The notes under the pieces are model-generated. The model made no database searches, had not been told where the DNA came from, and worked only from the letters and a program-made list of their open reading frames with translations. This document shows, in pieces, positions 54,836 to 64,000 of a DNA stretch of 64,000 nucleotides (position 1 is the first letter of the stretch; each line of letters opens with the position of its first letter). Origin of the DNA: an uncultured virus (IMG/VR IMGVR_UViG_3300035698_035306). Lineage: Duplodnaviria; Heunggongvirae; Uroviricota; Caudoviricetes. Position numbers and translations under genes: made by a program. The stretch lies in IMG/VR virus record IMGVR_UViG_3300035698_035306, one strand, 5' to 3'.

Positions 54836-55344
54836 TCTTGTAATTAATTTAAAACGACACAAAATGAACGTAACATCATTCAAAAAAATAGCAGGTAAAA
54901 AATCACAATACGTATCAGATAACCAATTCGAATTTCCAGGAGTAGTTGTAACAATCATGGAAGAAGTTCATGCATGGTACGATTTATATTTCGCATCTAA
55001 ATACACAGTAAGCGAAACAGTAGATGCTTATTTAGTAATTGCAGGAAACGCTGGTTATTTCAAAACAGATGGTCAAGTAAATTGTACTCAAGTATTTCTA
55101 CATAACAAAGCAACTGGAGAATGTTGGTTAGAAACTTGCAAATGTGGTTGGAATGAAAAAGACATCAAGCAAAGTATCAGAGCAATGAAAAAACATATTA
55201 GCAATATCACTCCTGCACAAGTTGAAGAACGTGCAGCTCATCAGAAAGAAAATTACCCTTGGCAAATAGCAGTTAATAAATTCGGTTCAGTTGGTACTCA
55301 AGATTATTTCAACAAACTTAAATAAAACGCAACTAATTTCAAAA

Positions 55345-55390
55345 TAACTCAGAAACTACTTTGGCTTCTGAGTTTTTTATGATACTTTAG
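55345..55390 (+). promoter_or_regulatory. terminator-like hairpin overlapping a promoter
   Basis: AACTCAGAA/TTCTGAGTT + T-run; TTTG 55360, N19, TACTTTAG 55383-55390. Confidence 0.85.
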
Positions 55391-56969
55391 TATTGTAACA
55401 TTAAAACTATATAAAATGTCAATATTTAAAGAACATAACCACTCATTCACTACAATCGAAAAAGAATCAGCTCAAGTTTATAACGATGCTTGCGATTATG
55501 GTGTATCTTACAACACAAACAGCCTACCTCAATCAGTTAAAAATCTTATTTTTCATGTAAATGATTTAAAAGATACTTCTTTAATCAAAGAACGTAATGA
55601 ATACGTAAATGGTGTTAGCATCAAAGTACAAATCGCTTGGGAAATGGACGAAGGATTTGAAAGAGGTACTGAATACGAAATTTCATTCAACAAAATATCT
55701 GGCCCTTCCAGATTTAATAAAGAGCATAATGCATACATAAGCGTTACAAGTAAATCTTATAGAAAATAAAAAATATGTGGACAGAAGAAAATCATATCAA
55801 CAACGTACAAGCATCTGTAGATAAGTTAACTAAAGTACTTACTGCAAATGGAATTACATTCCAACCTACTGACGGTCATTTATCTAATGTAGTCTTTACA
55901 ATGGGTGACAAGACAATGAAACTGGCTCACAGTTGTTTCTATGGTTTTTCAAGAATGGCTGGAGTATTAGTCCATTATGGTAAAAGCAGCGCAGACTTCG
56001 TTACAGTAACTGACGAGCTTCATATTAATGTTTACATGAAAGCAATGATACTTCAAAACTTCTTACCTGAACAATTTGGAGGTATTAGAAAAATGGTTCC
56101 TTTCTATTGTGAAAAAACAAAGAAATTAAAACAAGTTCAGAACTCTGCATACTTCTATGTAAGAGGTGAACTTTACAAAGCGTGTAGTAAATCTTTTAAA
56201 AAATCAAAATAATGCCTAAAACAATAATCCCTTTCAAATTAAGACTAAGACAAGATTCAGGAGAACGTTTTCCTGCATATACAAAAGTTCAAGTTGTTGA
56301 GAAATTAGTTGGCCAATCAGCCAGAATTATCACTACTGAAAATGGTACTATCATGATTGTAGATACAAATAGAACAGATAAAATCATGGCAATAGTTGAA
56401 TAATATGAACTGGACTAAAGCAGATAGAGAACGTCAAATCAAACTTGAGGAGACAATTAGAGTGTATGAAGATGACGACATCAAAGTTATTATTCCTACT
56501 ACAATTGACTCTATGTGTATTTATGGTAAAGGAACCCAATGGTGCGTAGCATCTGAAGATGAACGTAAAATGGTTCATGATGGTACGATGACTAAAATGA
56601 AATGGCAATCTACATTTGAAGATTATTATGAAAGAGATGTTATGTATGTCTTTATAATGAAGAAGAAATTAGATTATCAAGGCAGGAATAGAAAATACAT
56701 CATGATGTTTGAAGATGGTCGATTTCACGATGAAAAAGGCACACATCATCATTTCGGTGCTTTCCTTGAGAAATTCCCAAAATTAAAAGAAACTCTAATA
56801 AGTCATATTAATTCTGGCATTTATCACGAATATCCTCACAAGTTTATATTTATTGATTATTGTGGTGGTAATAATAAGAGTAAGAACAAGTTACGTAATC
56901 CATTTGATGATTACTCATCATTACAAGTAGAAATAAACGGAGATTTATCGCAATTTAAACACTAATTAC

Positions 56970-57000
56970 TTTGGGTTCTGAGGAATGTTTGTTACTTTAG
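56970..57000 (+). promoter_or_regulatory. Bacteroidota-type promoter (CTGA class)
   Basis: TTTG-N19-TACTTTAG then acttgtaattaa. Confidence 0.85.
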
Positions 57001-58983
57001 ACTTGTAATTAAAACATATAAAAATAATATCATGGCACAAAATAAAATTGATTTAAGAACTTGCACAAAAGGCGACACATTAATAAGTTCATTAGGAGCA
57101 ACTTTAATATATGTTGGACCAACAGAAGAAGGTGATTATTACGACCATATCGTAGAATACTCAGACCCTTCAAAGGGTAAAGGTAGTAGAACTCATGAAG
57201 GTTATGTGATGAGACATAATAGAATTGCAAGAATTGACCACGATATCGTGAAAATAATTAAAAAATAAAGTAATGTTGACACTTAAACAACTTAAAGAAT
57301 GACTAAATATATCGGAGGATTATTCCAAGCTAAAATCGGTGACCGCATTGAAATTGGTATTCAAGGTCAGAGATTTAAACATAGAACTGAAATAGTTGCA
57401 ATAGGAGCCAACAGAAGACTAAGAGACTCATGGGGAAACATTTTCAACAGAGATGGTCAACTTTATAGACGTGCTAGTCATCCTATTAATGTTATTGATA
57501 AGAAGCGTAAAGTATCTGCTCAACTTGTTGTACAAGAGCAACATGATTCAGAATATAGAAGAATTAAAATAGATTTTGTTAGAAGTTTTGATTTTAGCAG
57601 AATGACTACAAAAGATATCGAAGCTTTAATTGACAATATGCCAGTTAAACAAGCAAACACATTGCAAACCTCAAGATTTACAAAATAATGAACTTTTATA
57701 AAAAATACAAGCAAAATAAAGCAAGGAAAGAATTTTTAAAGAAACACAATCGTCAAATACCCGGAGATTTAGCTACAGAGATTTATAATATCTTAGTAGA
57801 GTATGCAGGGTATTATGATTGTGAAAGCAACCTTAGTCAATTCATATATCATCAAGGTGAAAATCCATCTAAATATAATGAGTTTGGTGGTTGTACAGAG
57901 TATAGATTTCAAGGTAAGCTTGGTTTTGGTGGTAAGTTTTGGAACTGTAACAGTAGGTTCTATGTGAATGGATATTCTGAAGACAAAGGTCCTAAAGAAG
58001 AGAAAATCATTACAGAAGTTAATGAACTGTTGAAACCTATCTATAAAGAACATATAAGTCGAAAATAATGGAGAAAGAAATAAAAAGATTCGTTGCCTGG
58101 TATGCAGGTTATCATCATCATAAAGGTGTCAAGTCAACTATTCGAGGTACTGACATTATAGATGCTTTAAAGAAGAGTAATCAGAATGCAATTGTAGTAA
58201 GAGTGATTGATGAAGATGGTACAGTATATGTCGTTAGAGAACGAGAGAACTGTTCTCCTGATAAATATTATCACAATCAATGGATTGATGAGAATGGTAA
58301 GATATTGTTCGATGAGCATGTCGAGAAATATGGCCCAGAAAAATCAATTAAAGTGAAAGAACCTAAAAAAGAAATTCCTATGAAATTTGAAGAAACTAAA
58401 GACTATCAAGAAGCTGCAGGTGTTAACGCTTACATCAAAGAAGGTGAAATAATTGGAAACCCTATTTGGCAAAAATGGTATGAAAAATCTGGTTTCAAAT
58501 ATGGCTTAGATGCTTATGATACTGATTTTGAAGTAAAGATACCTCAAATGATAGGTGATAAAGTGTACTTCAAAGACAATGATGGTAAACTCATGAAGAC
58601 AAGAATTGACCTTACAGAAGATGGTCGACGTAAAGTCTCTGCAGACATTCGTTCTTGGGTAGGTATCTCCCCTGGTGCTATCCATTATTACACAAGTTTG
58701 AAAGTAAATGGTGGTTGGTTAACTCCTGCATTAGAAGAATCAAATATGACTTGTTCATATGGTGGTAAGAAATTTCCTGAATATACTGAAGGTGTTAAAG
58801 TTGAAATTACCAAACAACTTACTAAAGAAGAAAAAGAAAACTGGCCAGACAGATGGGACGATTCATATGATGTTGGTGACAATGTGAATGCATTTGAAGA
58901 AGTATCAGAGCTTAAAGAAAAGATTAAGACTGAATTTGACCGTATTTTTGGTGACAAAGATTGGAAATTAGAAATAAACGACT

Positions 58984-59113
58984 AAAATGTTCTTTGTAAA
59001 ATTGAGGCTAGATACGCAGATACTACCAAGAGTCCAAATCTTAACTGTATGCCACCGAGGATTTAACGATACCCGAACGCAATATCGGTTAGTGTATTAG
59101 ATAAGAACATTTT
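58984..59113 (+). ncRNA. candidate structured RNA upstream of an RNA ligase
   Basis: 11-bp closing stem AAAATGTTCTT/AAGAACATTTT enclosing three further helices; non-coding, GC-richer than other spacers. Confidence 0.5.
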
Positions 59114-59126
59114 TAAAAATATAAAC

Positions 59127-59801
59127 ATGAAAGCATACCCAAGTATAGAATATTTTAATAAAGGCAAATATGGAGAACAATGTTATGGCTTTGATAAGCT
59201 AGATGGTTCTAATATTCGTACTGAATGGAACCGTAAGCTTTCAAAGAAGTCTCAGTTTACAAATGGCTTTAAGAAGTTTGGTACAAGAAAACAAATGATT
59301 GATGGGAACCACCCTCACTTTGGAGAAGCCTGTCACTTAATCATGGAGAAATATTCGAATGATTTAGATAAGATGTACAGAGAGTCAAAGTACTTCAGAG
59401 GCATCGATACAATAACATCATTTTTTGAATATCTTGGACCAAATTCATTCTCAGGTAAACATGAAAAAACAGATGTCATGGATGTTATCTTATTCGATTC
59501 AATCCTCTATAAAAAGGGGTTTATGGCACCCAAAGATTTCTTAGCTGAATATGATTCGATTCATATACCACGTCTTATCTACAGTGGCTTGTATACTGAA
59601 GAAATTATAACAGATGTCAGGCGCAACAAGTTCGGCCTCATCGAAGGTGCTGTGTTTAAGGGAGTTAGAAAGACCAAAGGCCAAGACATAGTGTGGATGA
59701 CTAAAGTAAAAACTGATGATTGGCTTACTAAGATTAAGCAAAAGCTGGGCCAAGAAGGCTTGCAGAAAGAATTGAATGGCGATTTGAGTTTACTCTTATA
59801 A
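59127..59801 (+). CDS. ATP-dependent RNA ligase-like nucleotidyltransferase
   Basis: YPSI, motif I DKLDGSN, FEY.G, LFD, EGAVFK, KVK. Confidence 0.8.
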   Translation: MKAYPSIEYFNKGKYGEQCYGFDKLDGSNIRTEWNRKLSKKSQFTNGFKKFGTRKQMIDGNHPHFGEACHLIMEKYSNDLDKMYRESKYFRGIDTITSFFEYLGPNSFSGKHEKTDVMDVILFDSILYKKGFMAPKDFLAEYDSIHIPRLIYSGLYTEEIITDVRRNKFGLIEGAVFKGVRKTKGQDIVWMTKVKTDDWLTKIKQKLGQEGLQKELNGDLSLLL

Positions 59802-59805
59802 AAAC

Positions 59806-59836
59806 TTTGCCGTTGCGATTAAAATTAGTACTTTAA
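59806..59836 (+). promoter_or_regulatory. Bacteroidota-type promoter (TGCG class)
   Basis: TTTG-N19-TACTTTAA. Confidence 0.75.
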
Positions 59837-59857
59837 CAAAGAATTAAAATATTAGAC

Positions 59858-60274
59858 ATGACATTAAAAGAACAAATATTAGAAGATTTCAAAAATGCAA
59901 GAAAAGCTAAAACTGAAAAAGAAAAGGTACTTATCTTATCTACATTCATAGGTGAACTTGATAGAATTTCTAAGACACCAACAGATGGTGAAGTTATCAA
60001 AACTATTAAGAAGATTATTGCAAACAACGCAATTGTAAACTCAATGGCAAATTTCATGGAAGATGAGCTTTTAGCTGAATACTTACCTAAGATGTTAACT
60101 GCAGACGAAATTAAAGAAAAGATAGCTTTTTGTTTCGTTGAAGAGAACTTAATGGGAAAAGGTATGATGGCTATGGGTAAAATCATGAAGTTCTTATCAA
60201 AAAACTACGAAGGTCAGTATGACGGTAAATTAGCAAGTGATTTAATTAGACAAGCAATTCAAGACAATGAATAA
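59858..60274 (+). CDS. GatB/YqeY domain protein
   Basis: MTLKEQI..D.K.A.K, E...L..YLP..L...EI, MGKIM, DGK. Confidence 0.88.
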   Translation: MTLKEQILEDFKNARKAKTEKEKVLILSTFIGELDRISKTPTDGEVIKTIKKIIANNAIVNSMANFMEDELLAEYLPKMLTADEIKEKIAFCFVEENLMGKGMMAMGKIMKFLSKNYEGQYDGKLASDLIRQAIQDNE

Positions 60275-60667
60275 AAACGAAGGAATATTAGGAGAAATGA
60301 TTGAGCAGCTTGGTGAAAGCCAAGCGCTTGACCAATTCAGTATCAGATGGGATAACACTTATATGAACAGCTTAGGTGGACATTGGGGACAATATAAATA
60401 TCCAGCATTTGGTAACATATTACATTGGTTACACGCTTTCGGAAGCTTTGAAATGGCTGAACAAGGTATAATAGGGGACGGCATAGTAAAACTACACGGA
60501 CAGTTTGTAGCATCTTATGAAATGGATGATGAACTACAAAGACCTGTATTCAAATTTACTGAGAAGTACGATTGGTTACAATCCGCTCAAGATTTGTTTG
60601 CAGAAGGTTTTCAGAGGCTTGATATTACTCAACCTACAATTGATAAAATGAAAAAAATTCGCTCATT

Positions 60668-61021
60668 ATGGGACAAAAAAACGACTTCAAAAATTTCGGA
60701 ATAAATTTAGAATATTATAGAACAAAATCAGATTTGACGATAGAACAAGTGTCTGGTTTTCTAGAAATAGACCAAGATGTATATTTAGCATATGAAAATG
60801 GTGCTGATAATATCACGCTTATTGAATTACATAAGCTTGAAGATTTATACAACATGGAACTTATAGATTTATTTGAACCAGACATTAGTAAGCACAATAA
60901 AGAATTAAATAGAGTGTCGTTGTCAGGTATGTGTAAATCAGATTTAAAATCTATTTCAAATTTCTACAAAATCATTCGTAACTTCATTAAAATTAAAAGA
61001 TTAAGTGATGAAAATAAATAA
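60668..61021 (+). CDS. XRE-family helix-turn-helix protein
   Basis: G.NL..YR....LT.EQ....L......Y..YENG...I.L..L.KL..LY. Confidence 0.8.
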   Translation: MGQKNDFKNFGINLEYYRTKSDLTIEQVSGFLEIDQDVYLAYENGADNITLIELHKLEDLYNMELIDLFEPDISKHNKELNRVSLSGMCKSDLKSISNFYKIIRNFIKIKRLSDENK

Positions 61022-62120
61022 AATGCCGAATGGGAATAGTTATATGTTCCTTGAAAAGAAAGCACTTGTATGGAATGCTTGTAAAGTAACTAAAAAAGAG
61101 TATAAAATAAAAATTAACATCCGCGATTTCAGTGATATCTTAGCTGGAGAAGATGTTGATAAAGTTGTACCTGAAATGTCTGTATATAATAGAGTATTCT
61201 TAAAGACAGGTTTTACACCTCGAGAACAAACTCATAATTTTAACAAGCCAAACATTGATTGGAAAGAAAAACCAGTTGATGAACGCCAATACAATTTACT
61301 TGATATTGCTATCAGGTCAGTCATAGATGCATCAGAATATATGATGTCAGTATATAATGAATCTGAAGACATCGGGGTAAAATATAAAGATGAGAATCAA
61401 CCTTTAACTAAAGCAGATATAGGTTCACATAATCATCTAATGGGCTATCTCAAAGCTCATACACCTTTCTTTGTTCTCAGCGAAGAATGTGGTGAAAAAT
61501 ATCACAAAATGATTACTGACCACGAATCTTTCTGGTTAATTGACCCACTTGATGGAACAAAGGAGTTCATTAAAAAGAATGGTGAGTTTGGTATCTTAAT
61601 TTCATTTATTCATAAAGGTGAGTCTATTGTCGGCGTAATGTATTTCCCAGCTACTGATGAACTTTATTACGCATGTAAAGATGGCGGAGCTTATAAAGTT
61701 GATGAGTATATTCAAACTATTCGTCATCAAGGTTTTAATCACGCTATTGCAAATAGAAAACTTTTAAACATGGAATTAAATGTGACGAAAGATTTAACTT
61801 TACTCACAAGTCGTTCACATAAAACTATTAAGCTTACTGGTTATATGACTGGTTTACGAAATGAAGGCTACACAGTTAAAGAAGATGGATTCGGTGCAGC
61901 TGTTAAGTTTGCAAAAATGCTTGAAAACAAAGCTGACATCTATGCAAGAAATTGCGAAGGTGGTGGTCCAAATCAATGGGACATGGCAGCCGCTCATTGT
62001 ATTATCAAAGCTGCAGGTGGTACTGTATGTAATCTTTTCACAAGAAGAGAACTTACATACGGAATGGCTGATATGAAGTTACCATCATTTATAATAAAGC
62101 ACCCTAAATTAAACGTATAA
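61008..62120 (+). CDS. cysQ: 3'(2'),5'-bisphosphate nucleotidase CysQ with ~90 aa N-terminal extension
   Basis: PLTKAD, LSEE, WLIDPLDGTKEF, SRSH, WDMAAAH...AGG. Confidence 0.9.
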   Translation: MKINKMPNGNSYMFLEKKALVWNACKVTKKEYKIKINIRDFSDILAGEDVDKVVPEMSVYNRVFLKTGFTPREQTHNFNKPNIDWKEKPVDERQYNLLDIAIRSVIDASEYMMSVYNESEDIGVKYKDENQPLTKADIGSHNHLMGYLKAHTPFFVLSEECGEKYHKMITDHESFWLIDPLDGTKEFIKKNGEFGILISFIHKGESIVGVMYFPATDELYYACKDGGAYKVDEYIQTIRHQGFNHAIANRKLLNMELNVTKDLTLLTSRSHKTIKLTGYMTGLRNEGYTVKEDGFGAAVKFAKMLENKADIYARNCEGGGPNQWDMAAAHCIIKAAGGTVCNLFTRRELTYGMADMKLPSFIIKHPKLNV

Positions 62121-63073
62121 TGAGTAAATTTACCGAAGATAGAATTAAAGAACTTGAAGGAAAAAAAGGAATAGCAATTTCAGATGAACAGAAAGATGCT
62201 ATAAGAGAATATTATGGTTCACTTGAAAATGAAATTATGTACTGTCCAGTATGCCGCAAACAGCTAGAAGTAGGTGATTGGTTCACTTATGATGATGTAT
62301 GTGGTGAAAGTAGTTCACCGAAATACAGTTGCACAACTGAAGGTTGTGATTGCTGTACAAGTAAATCTTTCTGGACATATTCTGGTGATTTCTTTGGTGG
62401 AGATATGCCTTATCATTTGATTACAATATTATTTCCTGATGACCAATATGGTGCATTAGGTTCTCATGCAAAATCTTCAGAAGTGGAAATATATGGAAGA
62501 GGATTAAAAAGAAACATGTGGGGACATCCTGCCATGTGCCTTTGGTTATTAAGCCCTTACATAGAGTTTAAATATAAAGGTGATAATATGGGTAATGTAC
62601 TTGGAAGAACTTGGAAGTTGAAGTTCTTAAAATACGATAAGCAACAGAAGCGTTATTGTAATGGTTACACATCAGGTATTCATATGCTTATATTCAGCTT
62701 AAAAAGCTTCAGGAGAGATAGGAAAGATTTCCTTGAAAGAAAAACTGCTTATGCAACTAAAGAGTTCTTAGAGAATTATGAAAGTAAAGGATGGGACAAA
62801 CGTTGGTGGAACTTATTAAGTAAGTGGTATTTTAATAATTTTTGGGACATGCAAAAGAAAAATGCATTGAATATTCAAAGAATTTGGGACATACTTAAAC
62901 ATGAAGATATTGAGGAAATTTCAAAAGAATTAGGCTTTACTTTAGAAACAATTATAAATTTTCTTGAAACCTCGTCTGACGAGAAAGTAAAAGAATACAA
63001 AGAGCTTGCTCAAAAGTTCAAAGCAAAAAATGAAGAAATATGCCAACTAAAGAAGAAACTATTAAAGAAGTAA
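62120..63073 (+). CDS. hypothetical Cys-rich protein
   Basis: ORF; CPVC...C....C. Confidence 0.75.
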   Translation: MSKFTEDRIKELEGKKGIAISDEQKDAIREYYGSLENEIMYCPVCRKQLEVGDWFTYDDVCGESSSPKYSCTTEGCDCCTSKSFWTYSGDFFGGDMPYHLITILFPDDQYGALGSHAKSSEVEIYGRGLKRNMWGHPAMCLWLLSPYIEFKYKGDNMGNVLGRTWKLKFLKYDKQQKRYCNGYTSGIHMLIFSLKSFRRDRKDFLERKTAYATKEFLENYESKGWDKRWWNLLSKWYFNNFWDMQKKNALNIQRIWDILKHEDIEEISKELGFTLETIINFLETSSDEKVKEYKELAQKFKAKNEEICQLKKKLLKK

Positions 63074-63261
63074 GGAAATTTAATGTCGCAGACTTTAATT
63101 TCCGATGTTCTTGTGGTAAAATATTACCAATCATAAAAGGTACTACAGAAGCAGTAATCGTCAAATTTGAATTGCAAGAAGATGCGTCAATGGATATTAA
63201 ATGTGAATGTGGAAGAGAAATTTCATTGTATGTAACTGTAAGTAAAAACATAAGAGGATAA
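63040..63261 (+). CDS. small zinc-ribbon protein
   Basis: CSCG...CECG. Confidence 0.65.
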   Translation: MPTKEETIKEVRKFNVADFNFRCSCGKILPIIKGTTEAVIVKFELQEDASMDIKCECGREISLYVTVSKNIRG

Positions 63262-64000
63262 TGAAATATAATTTAAGTCATTTGAACGCTCTGGAAGCAG
63301 AGTCAATTTATATAATGAGAGAAGTTGCTGCTCAGTTTGAGAATCCAGCGCTTCTTTTTTCAGGTGGAAAAGATTCAATTGTTATGGTTCACTTAGCAAT
63401 GAAAGCTTTTTATCCTGGTAAGATTCCATTCCCTTTAGTACATATTGATACAGGTCATAACTTCGATGAGACTATTCAATTCAGAGATGCACTTGTAAAA
63501 AATATAGGTGCAAACCTAATCGTAGGTTCTGTACAGAAAGCTATTGACAATGGAACTTCACATGAAGAAAAAGGATTTAATGCTAGCCGAAATTTACTAC
63601 AGACTGCAACACTCCTTGAAACACTTGAAAGCTTTAACTGTGATGCTGCATTAGGTGGTGGTCGTAGAGATGAAGAGAAAGCACGAGCAAAAGAAAGGTT
63701 CTTCTCACATAGAGATGACTTTGGTCAGTGGGACCCTAAAAATCAACGCCCTGAACTTTGGGATTTATATAATGGTAAGATGAATATGGGTGAAAACTTC
63801 AGAATCTTTCCAATATCTAATTGGACAGAGATGGACGTATGGCAATACATTTATCGAGAGAACATTAAAATACCAAGTCTTTATTTTACACATGAACGAG
63901 ATGTATTTTTAAGAGATTACATTTGGTTAGATGGTGATGGTGTAATTAAATTAAAGCCTGAAGAGAAAGTAGAGAAAAGAATGGTAAGATGTAGAACAAT
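63261..64000 (+). CDS. cysD: sulfate adenylyltransferase subunit 2, runs off window end (missing from ORF track)
   Basis: my translation MKYNLSHLNALEAESIYIMREVAAQFENPALLFSGGKDS...HIDTGHNF...GGGRRDEEKARAKERFFS.RD.FGQWDPKNQRPELW...FPISNWTE.DVW.YI. Confidence 0.95.
   Translation, partial: MKYNLSHLNALEAESIYIMREVAAQFENPALLFSGGKDSIVMVHLAMKAFYPGKIPFPLVHIDTGHNFDETIQFRDALVKNIGANLIVGSVQKAIDNGTSHEEKGFNASRNLLQTATLLETLESFNCDAALGGGRRDEEKARAKERFFSHRDDFGQWDPKNQRPELWDLYNGKMNMGENFRIFPISNWTEMDVWQYIYRENIKIPSLYFTHERDVFLRDYIWLDGDGVIKLKPEEKVEKRMVRCRT

Larger units (their letters stand above)
54864..58985 (+). other. run of hypothetical ORFs; 56396-56965 has a C.YGKGTQWC motif seen in large-phage proteins
   Basis: ORF track. 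Confidence 0.65.

Noticed and set aside
3006..57010. Recurrent ~45-bp TACTTTGG..CTGA..TACTTTAG repeat as CRISPR repeats or attC-like sites
   Set aside because: Copies are hundreds to thousands of bp apart, degenerate, always just upstream of gene starts, and fit the Bacteroidota promoter geometry; no cas or integrase gene seen
58984..59113. Retron msr-msd, tRNA, or hammerhead/HDV-like ribozyme
   Set aside because: No reverse transcriptase adjacent, no cloverleaf or T-loop GTTC arm, and no recognisable catalytic core; kept only as an unassigned structured RNA
1433..63251. Minus-strand ORFs in the ORF track
   Set aside because: All are short shadows of + strand genes, with low-complexity Phe/Ser/Leu-rich translations and no minus-strand promoter copies seen
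1..64000. Cellular (bacterial chromosome) origin
   Set aside because: Metabolic genes are isolated among more than a hundred short co-oriented ORFans, with no complete housekeeping operons; phage origin is inferred, although no virion genes are in this window

Overview
AT-rich (roughly 30% GC by eye), gene-dense window. Essentially all credible genes lie on the + strand, with many short ORFans, frequent TAATG/ATGA stop-start overlaps and no Shine-Dalgarno motifs. I infer it is an early/accessory region of a large (jumbo-type) phage of a Bacteroidota host. Support for the host: about 23 complete copies of a Bacteroidota sigma-A-like promoter (TTTG-N19-TACTTTAG) punctuate the window, and one gene encodes a T9SS type-B (gliding-motility CTD) secreted protein. 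I saw no virion structural genes, rRNA, tRNA or CRISPR array. Recognisable cargo: (1) CoA-biosynthesis enzymes (CoaC fused to an M23 peptidase, stand-alone CoaB, CoaE); (2) a MazG-NadD/NMNAT fusion and NADAR; (3) a nucleic-acid repair/counter-defence block (HNH-RNA ligase, HD-Pnk, DEDDh exonuclease, RNase HI) followed by a coupled class III nucleotide cyclase + 2H phosphoesterase pair; (4) a second RNA ligase preceded by a candidate structured RNA; (5) CysQ and CysD; (6) a membrane-CYTH/VTC fusion, an EXD2-like HNH protein, M42 and M23 peptidases, an ATP-grasp ligase and a LemA/TPM-like pair. GATC appears strongly avoided. All family assignments come from motifs I recognised by eye, not from database searches.
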